Shown here piece after piece: positions 26,524 to 39,830 of a stretch of 64,000 nucleotides of DNA. The stretch is from Zootoca vivipara (Eukaryota): the NCBI RefSeq assembly GCF_963506605.1, contig NC_083279.1, positions 19,902,001 through 19,966,000 of the forward strand, written 5' to 3'. The position numbers and the translations under genes are program-made. Within the stretch, counting starts at the first letter, position 1. Each line of letters begins with the position of its first letter. The notes below the pieces were generated by a model. It was not told the DNA's origin. It did not search any database and worked only from the letters and a program-made list of their open reading frames with translations.

Positions 26524-26648
26524 GTAAGCAGGTGATTCACCCTAATCAAGTTGCCGTTGTCCAGGAACAGTTCTCACCAAGCCCTGAAAAAATTATGTGG
26601 GCAGAAGAACTCATCACAGCTTTCGAAGAGCATCAGCGCATAGGGAAG
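26524..26648 (+). CDS. CLYBL: CLYBL coding exon (exon 7 equivalent)
   Basis: TTTGTAG acceptor, GTAAAC donor. The 125 nt encode (G)KQVIHPNQVAVVQEQFSPSPEKIMWAEELITAFEEHQRIGK, with the GKxxIHP motif. Confidence 0.97.
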
Positions 26649-29600
26649 GTAAACCCCTTTTTTCACACTATGTTTCCTTTATATATAATGCCTGAAGTGG
26701 AAGAAAATGTGAAAGTATTCAGTGTGGGTTTTCAGTTATCATAAAGGATACAGTAACATGTATTATATAGAATATACACTAGCATATATTTACTCGAAAA
26801 AATAAGTAACTTGCATTTTGTTGAGAGAAATCAGTTTTATATTAAAACCTATGACTTGTTCATTTTAAATGGCAGTTTTAGTCATGTGTCCTGAGTTTTG
26901 CTTCTTGTCTTTCGTCCTTTAAATGATATATCTTAAATTCAGGTGCATTCTAAGAACATGCCTTTTTCTCCGTGATTTCCCTGATGCAGAAGATTTGTTG
27001 GAATTAGCTGGGTTCTTGTTTTCATTTGTTTCCTCTGCTTTTTATACTACTGTTCAGTATAACAGTCGTATTGTGTTGAATTTTTGTTTTAATGATTTTG
27101 TTTTTTGTTTTTATCTTTTATACCACTTAAAGAGATTCTTCTAACAAACATTAAGCGGTTGATAAATGCTTTTAAATAAATAAACAATGTAGATAGTGCA
27201 CCTAGGGATCTAGTTAAGTTTAATCAACTCAAATATAAAGAAAAAAGGAAGAAAAAAACCCCTCTTATTCTGTGCCGCTGTATTATTTATTAATTCCTCA
27301 GACGGCTTTCATTTCCATGTAACTCCAAGAAAACAATCATGTTCGGGTTTTCTTTGTCTTCTTCACACCCATCTCCTAAATAGTAGAGACCAATTATTGT
27401 TTTTTACACTTTGAGAAACTTCTGGGTAAAGCTCATTTGTGAGTAAAGTTCTCCATGCTATGAGGCTCCTTACAGAATTGGTCGTCAGCTGATTGCAAAG
27501 TACAGGTGGAAATTTGGAATTATTATTTTTCAGAACTTATTTTTGGACTGGAGGGGTTTTTTTGGATAGAAAAGAGAGCAAATTACTTCTCGAATATGAT
27601 TGTTCCTAATTTAGTGCATCATTGAGTCTCCTGTTTCCTGCTCTGTGGGTTTCTGATATGTAAACATTGCGGTGGTGAAGCACAATCTGTCTTCACTTTG
27701 TGCCAGTAACACTTAAATTAGGGGTCGCCTGAAGGAAAATTTTATGCTCGTTGCAGCATTGTCGGCTAATTATCTTAAAGGTTATTTGCTATAATGTTGT
27801 TTGCCACTTTGGGGGGGGGGCAGGGGAAAGTTGCAATTAAATGTGATTCTTCTAGCAAGAGCCAAAATCTGAAATGGTTATCAAGCCAGTGAAGTTTCAG
27901 TGTCCAGAAGTGCAGCAGAGAACGTGTGATTCTTTCAGTGCAATTTACACAATATTTAATTGCCAAGGAAACATCTTTAGCAAATCTGAACGCACACAAG
28001 AGATATTTGTGTGTGTATATGCATATGCACTTCTTCTTGTTCCCTACAAATCCCACTAATGCATAGATTGCATTGCGAAAATATATGGCGATAGTTTCAC
28101 ATGTTTCTATCCTGCTAGTGTGTGCCAAATGACCCATTCACAGAATATGACTTTGTTTCAGAAATAATATTTCCATATTTCCATTTTATCATCAAACCTA
28201 CTCCTTAGGATAAACTGATTGCCATATACCCATAAGGAAGCTTCCCTTCTGTCTTAAGCCATAGTTTATCACATAACTATAACTCTGTCAAACCCAGATG
28301 CTATATTAATAAGGTTTACTCTAATAGGAATATCAATTTGCATATCTTTTGTTTTGATCACCTTATTTCATATGTTTAAATCCTCTAATGAATGAAACAT
28401 ATTTTTTTATAAAAAATATATGCTAACAGCATTTTAATTTTATTTTATTTTTGCATTTCCTCTGTACACCTGTTAGCAGCCATCTCTCTATACCCATCTG
28501 TGTGTGTACAGTGCCAATAGGGTGTACATATGGCAGCTAACATTTTCCAGGGAGTTATGAAGACTACAGAGAAAGACAATGTGGGGAGTACTCAAGGGGC
28601 CAAAATATTTATATTTATTGCTTTTGCGCTGGGGAGCCATAAATATTTTCCATATGAAAAGGCTTGCTGGGCTATCATTTTATACCACTACACACCTGGC
28701 ATAGAAGAAACTTGCATTGTTTTTCCTAAGTTCTTCCAAAGACTTTTGTACTCGCCACCCTAATTGCTTCTTAGATGAAACAACTGATTTGCAACAATCT
28801 TAGAATCAATTGAGGAACGTGGCACGTAATTAGGGTAGACTGATAGTTCAGAAACACTTTTGCACTGTACACAACCTGTATTGCCTGCTGATTATTGAAT
28901 GCAATCTGTGGAAATATGCACGTTCTTTGCGACCCCACCGTTAACTCCCAGTATTTATAAATATGACACTGACCATTCACTATAGGATTAAATGTTGACC
29001 TCATCAAAGCGAGTGAGAGCTCCGCCATTGACTTCAGCAAAGGCCTGTTCTCACCCTGTAAGGAAATACAGGATGTTGTTTGATCAACATTTCCTTAAAA
29101 CATCATATCAGTGTGTGTATTGCTATATTGAAAAATCTGACACTTAAGAAATCTGGTTATGTGTGATTGTTTAACTTTCCAAAAGAACTACTTCTCACAT
29201 CAGGAGACATGTGTGGCATGTCCAAAAAAGGCATTAAAATTTTCATCATGATTTGAGCCTCCTGGTTCTGAAAGGTTCTAGTTACTGGTATGTATTGCTA
29301 ATATACTGTACTCTCTTTTCTTTACAAGAAAACCACATTGCCAGCAATTCTGCAGTCTCCACCTTATTCTTTCCTATTCCTTTCACGAAACCAAATCTTT
29401 AATTTCAGCAGAGCTAAAATACTATTCTGGTTTGACACTGTTAAGCTTTCCACGGTGTGTCTGTGTGTTATTAATCAAAACTGAAAGCCTGGAAAAGAAA
29501 ACCTGAAATGCAAAGGATTAGAGTGACTAGTTTGCTCACAGATAAATTGCTGGTCCTGAGCCTCTGGGATCAGTTTGTTGTTAATTGGAAGTTCTTAGTG

Positions 29601-32600
29601 AACAAAGTTCGATGCCCTCAGTCAACAATAGTTTATATTAACATACAGCAATCGGATAACACAATTTATCAGAGTTTGGAGAGTATAGAGCAGCCGTTGT
29701 TGAAAGAATCCAAGCTACCCTCCTGCCTCTTAGGTGACTAAAAGATTTGCTGTAGTAATAAGTACTAACGGAAATCAGAAAGAAATTGAGTAAAAAATAA
29801 ATGGCTATTACAGTAACAGAAGAAGACTTACATTATGTTCAAGTAGCAACTTCAAATTTGCTGTAAATGGGATTTTAAAAATTGTTTTTGTTTCTTTGAA
29901 TGTTTGAAAAATTCAACCCATAATTCAGCCAAACCAGTCAGTTACTTTTAACAAAATACCGAAATGTTTATACACCAATGTATCATTTATGTCTGTGTTT
30001 CATTTATATCTCATATGTTTCATTATATACCATATTCACATAGCTCCCCCCAATATCGACAGAGAGCAATAAACAAACACTATATTTCACCTGTATTTTA
30101 GTACTAATTTTGCTTGGTTCTCTCTTTTCCTTTGTTTTTTTTTTTTTTTTTGAAGCTCATAAAAACATCACAGTATAAATTCTGTTAAGCTGTAAGCAAT
30201 ACAGTGATAAATATATTCAGAGGTAATATTACTAAGCATTTTAAAGAATTCTATTTATAATAATTTGTACTGCCTTTCACTATACCAATGCACAATAGAA
30301 GTGCAAGAATAATTTTTTATAAGAATATGCAATCATGCTTTTTTAAAAAAATTAAAAACTTTGTGTTATTTATGATATTCTATTATGTTTTTATCTTTAA
30401 TAGCCTTTATAACTACACATACTCACACAATTACCTTTTGAAATAAAATTTTTAAATCTATTTTTGAATCAATTGTCACTCATTTTCAACAGAGAACAGC
30501 AATGCGCTCGGGTTGACCAAAAGTTATCATTTGCCTAGTCCAGGTAAGAAGGTTTTCATGCAGAAACAGGTTTATATTTTGGCAGCCCTAGATATAAATC
30601 GGAGGAACAATCACATTTATTTTTAATTTATTTCATTAAATTTATCAAAGCTGTTTACAAAGAGAGGATGAACATTCTGATGTTAATTTGAATTTGTACT
30701 CCCTTACCTGCTGCTGCATAATATACTAGCAACTTATTTACACCTGAGTAAGGATGGATCAATGCCATTCTGAGGAAGGAAGTCTTAGCTATATGAATGC
30801 AGAACAGGATCCCAAGACTCTTTTACAATCTAAAGTAAAAGTTGGAAAATACATGGTGACAGAAAAAGTTTAGAACCAAGGTGGTGTAACTACCATTTGA
30901 CAAGTAGATTCTGCTCACTTAAACCAAAGTACCTCCAGTAAAATAAAAACCTACAATGGAAAAATGTAGGTAACTTTATGACAAATGTTACCATGTAAGT
31001 CATGTAATACACATTTGTTCCTACAGAGAGCGGGACACCGAGATATGGGGCATTGGGGCATGTTCTTGAATACCTAAAGAGTGGCCAAGTAAGATTTTGT
31101 GTGATCACTAAGCGAGGTTTCAGTGCTTCACACAGATCCTTGTCCTTCCCCAAGATTAAAGTTCTCAAACTAAATTATGTAACTGAGTAAAAACAATAGA
31201 ATATATTATGCAAAATTATTCAGATGCAGTAAATGAACTTAAACTGTATAATATATGTTGGTTACAGAATCCATCCATTTTAGCTCAAAAACTTGCTTTT
31301 TGTTTGGGGTGCACACAGCCTTGGGGCAACTCAGCCACAGAGAAACTGGGTAGCAATGGGCAACAAGCAATCTCATAATCTTAGTTTCCCATCTGTAAAA
31401 TGGAAATAATTGCCACACTGGCGAGCTATGGAAATTATAAATAAGGGAAATCATAGTTATGAACCACTCTGATCCTTACGGATGGAGTTGGATCTACAGC
31501 TGCACAAATAAAATAATACATACGAGAGTCACTGTGGTGTGGGAAGATATATAAAGGATAATCACTTTATCAGCTACTAATTAGAGGGTTGTGCCGTACT
31601 TCTGGGGGTACATGGAAAGCCAGCCCCATTATTGCTTTCTGTTAAAGCTGGTAGAGACAATTGAATACTGGATCCTATTATTACTTGTGGAGTCATACCC
31701 TGACTTGCCAGTTTATCATACCTTCCTGCCTTCTTTAGCATGTTCTATATACATCCACATTACCTCTTCTTGACAGAAGACGAGAAAGTAGTTTTTACAC
31801 AAACACATCCACAGTGAAAGCTGTTTCACACCCATATCTCCTGGGAAAAGCATGTGGTCCAGCAATTATATTCATTCATGCAGGCTCCCAGAGGACTTGT
31901 GGTTGGTGAGGAGAGAGCTTAACCCTGAGTCCCAGTTCAGATGATACAATGAGCCAAACCTTGGCTTAGCTCAGGACAGCAAAAAGGACCAGGTAGGAGC
32001 AAAGTGTTTGTGAGCTTCTCTCCAGTGTAGTCTATCCAAGTCAAGATTCGTTTGGCTTAGCATATTGTGTGAAACTGGTTGCAGTAGCCAGTGTCTTTCC
32101 ACATAAGTTGGAATAGGGCAGAGAAGGGAAAATACTAGGCTCCAGACATAGCTGCCAAGTTTTCGCTTTTCTCACGAGGAAGCCTATTCAGCATAAGGGA
32201 AAATCCCTGTAAAAAAGGGATAACTTGGCAGCTATGGCTTCAGAGGCTCACAGAAGAATGGAGGAAACTGGTGTGGTGGTGGTGGGACTGAACAAGCCAA
32301 AATACAGTCTTTGCTTGAAACCAACAACCACTTCCATCATACCTGGATGGCTGAATCCAAAATACATGGTTTTCATTGATTTGGAAAACCTTGTTTCTAA
32401 GCTAAAACCATGCCCAGGGTACCAGTGATCTACTCTTTAATCCCAGGATGGCCACTGCTCTCATCTCATAATGGACCAGCCACTACTTTCTGATACACTG
32501 ATCAACAAAGAGAAACACACACATCCTCCAGGGACCTGCTTGGTGCCCTATTCTGTACAGTAGGGTAATGGGTTAACTGGCCTCAGGTAGCAAAGATTAC

Positions 32601-34823
32601 CATGTGAAACTGCTTTATGCCAGTGACCCCATTGATCCATCTATCTCAGCATTGCTGGCAACAAGCCTCCAAGTTCTCAGCATTTCACAGCCCTGGCTAT
32701 CTGGCCATTTTAATCGTGATTGAACCCGAGACCTTCTGCATGCAAACCCACTGAGCCTAAATATGGGGGAACCATGCAAAACGTATTCACCCTGACATTG
32801 TTTCCCTCTCTTGCCTCCAAACCTGGATCCCTGTAGGACTGGAGAAATATCAAGGGGGTGGGGGGGATGGAAATGTGTATTTCACACTCTGCTCATGGTG
32901 GCAGGCTGAGCTGCTGAGCATGATAGGATATAGATTTGGCTTGCAGCAAGAGCGCTGGAAAAGCATACCTTCCAAACCTTAAATATCTGGTGTGTGTCCC
33001 CCCCCCCCCAGTGCTCACAGGTACAATGGTGCTCAGCTGCCTTCTTTCTTTCTTTCTCCAATGCAGGGTGTAACAAAAGAACTAATGTTCTGGCCAGATG
33101 GCCTTCTTCGGGGCATACTGAGAGCACTCAAAGGAAAGCAATACAGCCTAAATATCATTTCAGCTAATTTAAGTGGCAGCAATCCTGTGTGTGTGTGTGT
33201 GTGTGTGTTTCATTTCACTGTATTTGGCATGGGTTTCACTAGAATTAAGCGCCCGCGCCTGCCACAAGGCTTTATTGGCTGAAAATTGCAACGTTTTGTT
33301 CACATTCGGTTTTGTGGTTCAAAAAATGACTCTGAAGCTACAGGAAACTCAGAATAGCTTACAAAGACATTTGTCCTCCCTGTCACTGCGGTACTTTAGC
33401 CTTATTTCCTTGAACCCCATCCCTATCTCAGCCCCCCCTGGAATAACACTGCCAATAGTTTAAATTTTGGAGACTGGGATCCTTAAGCTTTATACCTATT
33501 TCCTATATAATTATACCACCTTGAGAAGATAAAAACCATCTCAATGAGGTTTACAAAATAAAACAGTAGCTGAGATCCAGAAGTATACATGAGAGGCAGT
33601 GTTACAAAACCATTGGCGATCTGCATTGAGCTCGAGTCCCACCCTCAACTGCTAACTTCCTACACCTGTTACATTCATAATTTAGGTGCACACGTGTGAA
33701 TAAAAACAATCCAGTTATGAGAAACTAATATTGATGTTCAGATTCTGTCCACTGCCTATACTGGCACCTCTTCAAAAAGAGCATGCCATATATGCTTTCA
33801 TAGGGTCTCTGGCCTGGATTGGGGATGGGGGCGCTGAACCCCTCCAGGTGGCCTCCCTTGTCCCTGGCCGTTGACCATGCTGGCTGGAGTTGATGCCCAA
33901 CAACGACTGAAGGACCAGTTCCCACACCTAAAGCCAGTTGACTTTAAGATAGGATTATGTCAATAAGCAGTAATATTTAGAATCTCAACTTTCAAAACCT
34001 TGAGTCATTCATAGATCAATTTCTTTTAAACGGAAGTTCAGGGTGAAGTTCCTAGAAGCAGTTTAATCACTTATAGGAGATCCCTAATGAACACAAATTA
34101 CAATCCGTGTATTTTGCTAGTTTCTCTTATGGAATTTGTAGAAACTCCCTGAGTTCAGTTCCTAGAAGCATTATTTCCACCTAATTCCCTTCTCCGTGCT
34201 AACCTTATGCTTTTTGCCCTGAAATGCGTATCATGCACCACCATTGTTACTCCTTTTATGCCAATGTAAAAATATAAAATCTTCTTGATTTTGTACAATA
34301 CTGATCCCTTTATCGAAATCTGGCTTTTTGTAGGAACCTTTTCCCCATTCGATGTGTCCCAGATGTAGTCTTGGTTCAGCCATAAACAGTGGAATCTGAC
34401 TAGAACCCTTTGGGCAGCCTGCAGTTACAATTAAATACATTTGTGCTTAGAACCCAGCAGCAGCAGCCATGATCCCAGTCTTTTATCTCAAATGGTAGCA
34501 TTTCAATTTTGGTGGAATCTACCAAGGAAAGTGCCCCAAAGGCCCAAGCGGTCAATGTCACTGGCACTTAGTTTACACTCGTACTGTACCTCCGTTTACA
34601 TAACCCTCTGGTTACGTAAACTTTGGGATGTCCATGCAGCAAACCCAGAAGTATTTTACCAGAACTTGCGGAAACCTCAGGATCCGACCGGACCTCCAGA
34701 ACGGATCCCGTCCGCAACCAGAGGTACCACTGTACTTACAAATGTCTATCCCACTTCTCAAAATGTAGGTCTCAAAAGCGGTTTGCAACATTAAAATATA
34801 TAGCTAAATCCATACAGAATGAA

Positions 34824-34940
34824 ACTCTTAATCTCAGGGTCGTGGGTTTGAGCCTCACGTTGGGCCAAAAGATTCCTGCATTGCAGAGTTGGACTAGATG
34901 ACCCTCGTGGTCCCTTCCAACTCTACAATTATATGATTCT
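34824..34940 (+). mobile_element. tRNA-derived SINE fragment with CR1-type 3' tail
   Basis: B-box-like GGTTTGAGCC, then GGACTAGATGACC...GGTCCCTTCCAACTCTACAATT(C/A)TATGATTC. Tail-only copies at about 35.7, 36.0-36.1, 44.3, 50.0 (-) and 53.5 kb. Confidence 0.65.
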
Positions 34941-37367
34941 TATTATATTTAATAGGACTTACTTCTGAGCAGATAGTCATAGGCTTGCACTGTAAATAAA
35001 TTTAATTGAGTTCGCTGCAGAAAACAAAACTTAAAACATTTCTGACCCAACCTTCTCGATGCTAAATATCAATGCTAGGAAAATATATTTCCCACTCTCA
35101 TTAGGATTTTTAGTGATCTCCCCTCCCAGCAAATTTATCTAAACCCATCAGAAAACCGAACATGTATGCACTTTAACCCTCATTTGATTTCCTTGACATT
35201 TTCTACACTACAGTTAGATTTCCAACCTATTATTTTAGTAATATGGTTCCAGGAGTGCAGTTTGCTTAAATTGTTGCTTTCTAAAATGGCAGATACTACT
35301 GGGAGCAAGTTTTCACTGTTAAATTGCATGTGAATTCTTGCAACATTCCCCACTACCACCCCACAAAAAAGAAAAACACAGTCTCAGATACTGAAGTGAG
35401 GATTTACAGCATAATTTCCAGTTGTACTTATGAGGGCAAGTATGCAGTGAAGATTTAGCCTAGAAAGGCAGGGATTAATAATAAGGATTGTTCTGCCTAT
35501 CATCTGTGCGTTGTTCTGAAGGTGTGTGCAACTAAAAAGCTATTTTATAATATTTTGTTTCAGGCTAACTTTTTGTTGTAGTTATCCAGCTAGACTTAAG
35601 GATTTATTTGTATTTCTTTGTATTCAAACAATAATGTTAAAAAATGATAAAAATCCAGGAAGAAAGAGGGAAGGAAAGAAGGGATAGATATGATGATCCT
35701 CATGGTCCCTTTCCAACTCTACAGTTCTATGATTTTATGTCTTAATAGCAGTAATAAATGATTATTGCGTACTAAATGATAATTGTGAGCTACAAAAAAT
35801 GTGCACTTGGGGGGAAATAAAATAAACTTCAAAACATCTTGCATTAAATAGTCATTTGGATGAAGTGAATTACTTTTTTTTTTTATTGTGCACCCATTTT
35901 AGGAAATTGTAGGTTATCCATCTGCATGAGCCACTTGGCTTTTCTAAGCAGTTTGGAAATCCATGCTATGCCACTAGTGCGCCTTAGCTCTATGCCTTTT
36001 CAAAACAGTGGGGTATTGCAGGGGGTTGCGTTGGATTAGATCAGTTTGGCCATCACTGGATTAGATGATCCTTGTAGTCCCTTCCAACTCTACAATTCTA
36101 TGATTCACAATTCTATGCTTTTCCAACTGTGGCAAAACTTTTTCTCTTGCATTGAGAAAGAGATCAGCATTATCAATGAACCACACTCATAGCTATTTAT
36201 AGAAAGAAGCAGACTGAAATCCAACCAGAGTTTCGTATGCTTGAACTCATTTGGGAGCCCACAATCTAAATTTAGCCATTCACAAGGCCAGGTATGTACA
36301 ATGGCAACATATTGGGCAATTTCACCAGGTTCATAAATATTAGACAAACCCCAAACACTCCTCTAAAACAGAAACAGGGAACCCAAGACGCTTCAGATGT
36401 TGTTGGACAGCTCCAGCCAACATGGTCAATGGCCAAGGATGATGGGAGTTGTAATCCAGTAACACCTCAAGAGCAACACATTCCCCACGCCCGCCCTGTA
36501 ATTGCTGAGTTACAGGTAGCCAGTAATGATGATACAACAGGTAGCCCGAAAACCAGTTTGAAAATCGCAAATTGGCAGCAACAACACTGCGCCTTGGGAC
36601 AGAGTACCAAGTCCCCTTATTCTTGCCGGTTCCAATCCCGCGGCAGATTTTTGCATGGTAACACAGCTTTGCCAGCCTTGTAACTAGTTCAAAGTTCTGT
36701 TGCTGGAGAAAATGCTCCCTGTGGGTAGCAGTAGTATATTATTAAACGTCACTTTCTCAATTGGTAAAGGCAGGTGCTCTGCCGCAGGAGGGAGGGAATT
36801 GCCAGGACACCTTAACGCTGGCGTGGGGTAGACATCATCTGTGACAATTGCGAGCTACTGTTCTCGTTCACCCATCTCAGCTCAGTTTTTCCTGGGGAGT
36901 ATGAAGGGAGAGCTCCCTGACCCAGGGGTCCAGGCCAGCAGTGTGCTCTTTGCTTCCCCCTCTTCAAGAAAGGTACAGGATCAATCATATGGGTCCTCCA
37001 ACCTCCAGTTTCACCACCCCATCCCAAAAGCCAATGTATTTCATCCTGTGGGTCATTTCTGACTCTGGCTCGGAGGTAAATATATGTCTTTTTCTACACA
37101 CAGTGGTTTTTTGTTTTGGTCTTTCACACGCTCACATCTTTTGTTTGTTTTTTGTACATTTCCCTGTAGTCAGTGCCTCTCGGCTTTTTTCTAAAGCCAG
37201 CAGAAGACAACGTGGTTTGATTCATGTGGGATCTAATGATTCTTGTCTTGCGGCAATGTATGAAAAGCTAACCCAAGCCTGCAATTTTCCTTTCCCAAGG
37301 TCTCTTTTAAGATGCTGATGGTCTGGCATTTGGTATTTCATTCTGTTATTCTTTTTCCTTTTTCCAG

Positions 37368-37463
37368 GGTGCCTTCACTTTCCGCAGCAGCATGATAGAC
37401 ATGCCATTACTGAAGCAAGCCCAGAACATTGTTAGTCTTGCCACAGCCATTCAGAAAAAATGA
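37368..37463 (+). CDS. CLYBL: CLYBL last coding exon (exon 8 equivalent) including TGA stop
   Basis: Long pyrimidine tract + CAG acceptor. Encodes GAFTFRSSMIDMPLLKQAQNIVSLATAIQKK*; the catalytic Asp (human D320) is at 37398-37400. Confidence 0.96.
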   Translation, partial: GAFTFRSSMIDMPLLKQAQNIVSLATAIQKK

Positions 37464-37716
37464 TCTGCTAAATGAAGCTTCCCCCTAGAGAGACTCCAGG
37501 AGCGATTTAAAGGAGGTTAATATGATAACTGGGAGAAAGAAAAATGCAACCGTTCACACTTCGACAAAACACTGTTTACCTGCCCTTGAACATGGCCATA
37601 TATTTTTCTTCCTTGTCATGGACCATGTATTGAAAAGATCAGAGCCCTGCTCCCATTGTACTCACTTGTTAAGACTCGGCTGAAAGCAGAGATCAACTTG
37701 TGTGGGGAACGGATCC

Positions 37717-37722
37717 ATTAAA
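37717..37722 (+). terminator. possible variant polyadenylation signal (ATTAAA) for CLYBL
   Basis: PAS-like hexamer about 250 nt after the stop codon; no transcript evidence. Confidence 0.25.
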
Positions 37723-37842
37723 AACCACCACCAATGAAATTGGTGCAGAAACCCAAGTCTGATTAATTTTTTACTGTAAGATTTTCAGGCGAAGGGGAAT
37801 GATAAGCAGCAAAAAAAGGGGGGGCAGAATCCTCATACCCTT

Positions 37843-38079
37843 GTACCTTGGATTCCGAACGCCTTGCAACTTGAATGTTTCGGCTCCTGAACGCCACAAA
37901 CCCGGAAGCGAGTGTTCCGGTTTGCAAACGTTCTTTGGAAGCCAAACGTCTGACGTGGCTTCTGATTGAGTGCAGGAAGCTCCTGTAGCCAATCAGAAGC
38001 CGCATCCTGGTTGTCAAACGTTTTCAGAAGTTGAACGGACTTCTGGAACGGATTCCGTTCGACAACCGATGTACGACTG
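37843..38079. mobile_element. Tc1/mariner MITE (same family as 3213-3727)
   Basis: Shared body (AACCCGGAAG...GCAAACGTT.TTTGGAAGCCAAA) and right end GTACGACTG|TA. Confidence 0.8.
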
Positions 38080-39830
38080 TATAGGCATAGAAGGGGGAGG
38101 TAGGGTTTGTCATACAAAAGAGAAAACCCTCCAAAAAGTCCTTCTTCTGTACAACAGTGGCAGCAATCCTAAATACCAGGGGTAGGGAACCTGTGGCCCT
38201 CCAGATGATGTGGAACTACAGTTCCCATCATCCCATGCTGGGTAGGGATGAGAGTTAGTTGGAGTCCCAACAACATCTGGGAGAGTCACAGGTTCTCTAC
38301 CTCATTCTCCACTCAGTTATCTGGGGGTGAGTTTATTATTTGTACCCCACCCATCTGACTGGTTTGCTCCAGCCAATCTGGGCAGCTTCCAACAAATAGA
38401 GAGCATAAGAAAAACATTAAACATTAAGAACTTCTCTATATACCGCTGCCTTCTAAAAGTTGTATATTTATCTCCTTGACATCGGATGGCAGGGCGTTCC
38501 ACAGGGTGGGCACCACGAACGAGAAGACCCTCTACCTGCTTCCCTGTAACTTCACTTCTTGCAGTGAGGGAACCGCCACTAGACATGTACTGTATAGGAT
38601 TGCATGTACTGTATGAAAAGTACAAGAGCTCTGTCTTGCTTTGCAGTAAGTCACTCCAGTGGAAGACAGCAATACATTTGGCCACAGCAGCGCTTATCAG
38701 AAGGGAACCAGGACCTAGATACATAGTAATAGTGATCTGAGTTCTCAGGGTGCAATCAAAATGGCCCCATCCACATATAAGAGGGAGGCATCAGCAAGTT
38801 TGCAGTAGTAGTTTTAAGAAAACACTTTGGGGGGGAAAGCAGCCGGGGGTGGTGGGGAGAAACCAAATGAAAATTGAGCATGCTCAGTGGGTCACGGAAT
38901 GCTGAGGGTTTGTTGCAGCGGGGAGGACAGAAAACAGGATGCTAGGGGACTGCAGAATGGAGTGGAGTATCCTGGGGAAAGGAATGGCTCGCTGGAACCC
39001 TGAAGAGGAGTACTCCACGCTGCAACACTTTGCACTTTCCTTCATAGATGCCACCTTGGAATCCATGGTAAGCCGTTTCCCAACTCCAGCCCAAGTGGAC
39101 TCCTGTAATCTCTTTAAAAGTTGCAAAGGGGGGAATTCAGAGAGGGAGGCCATATTTATGGAAGTTCCTCGCTGCAACTTTTGAAGGTAGAGGAATCCAC
39201 TAGGTTTCTGCCCTCCATAATTCTTCCCAATTTAAGTCACTTAAATCTGAAGGCCCGTTGCCTGTTGGATTAATCCAAAATAAACCACTTGGTTCTGTAA
39301 TGATCACCACTAATGGATTTGATTCACCATCCATGCAATTAAGACCAAGAGTGCAAACTCAAATCCACTTAATATGGATTAGCTAACCCCTTCAGAAGCC
39401 TGCAACCAACCCCTTTGCCTCTAATCCTTCCCAATGATGGGTGCGTCATGAATGTTGCTTTACAGGAGATGTGTCACAAGGGAGCTAGAGTGGAATTCGC
39501 CTTTCCCACAACAGTGCTTTTGAGTCAAGACTGCTCAGATATGTAAGTTAGGCACCAAATGGCTCTTTAAACAAAGGTTACAGTCACCAAAACGGAATGT
39601 CTAGGTGCCATTTGGGGGATAAGACAGCTCTAAAGTCTTATTATTTTTCAAAAGATGGATTGACTTTGATTGATTCTCAGTTAAACCTTCAGAGGGCTAC
39701 CTTGAGCTAGGTTAAGAACTTTGAGAACTTAAAGAAAAGTCACTTTGTCCAGGCACAGTCCACAAATATATTGGCTTATTCCTACCAATCTTCCATAATG
39801 ATGAAAAGGATCATTCATAACATAAGAATA

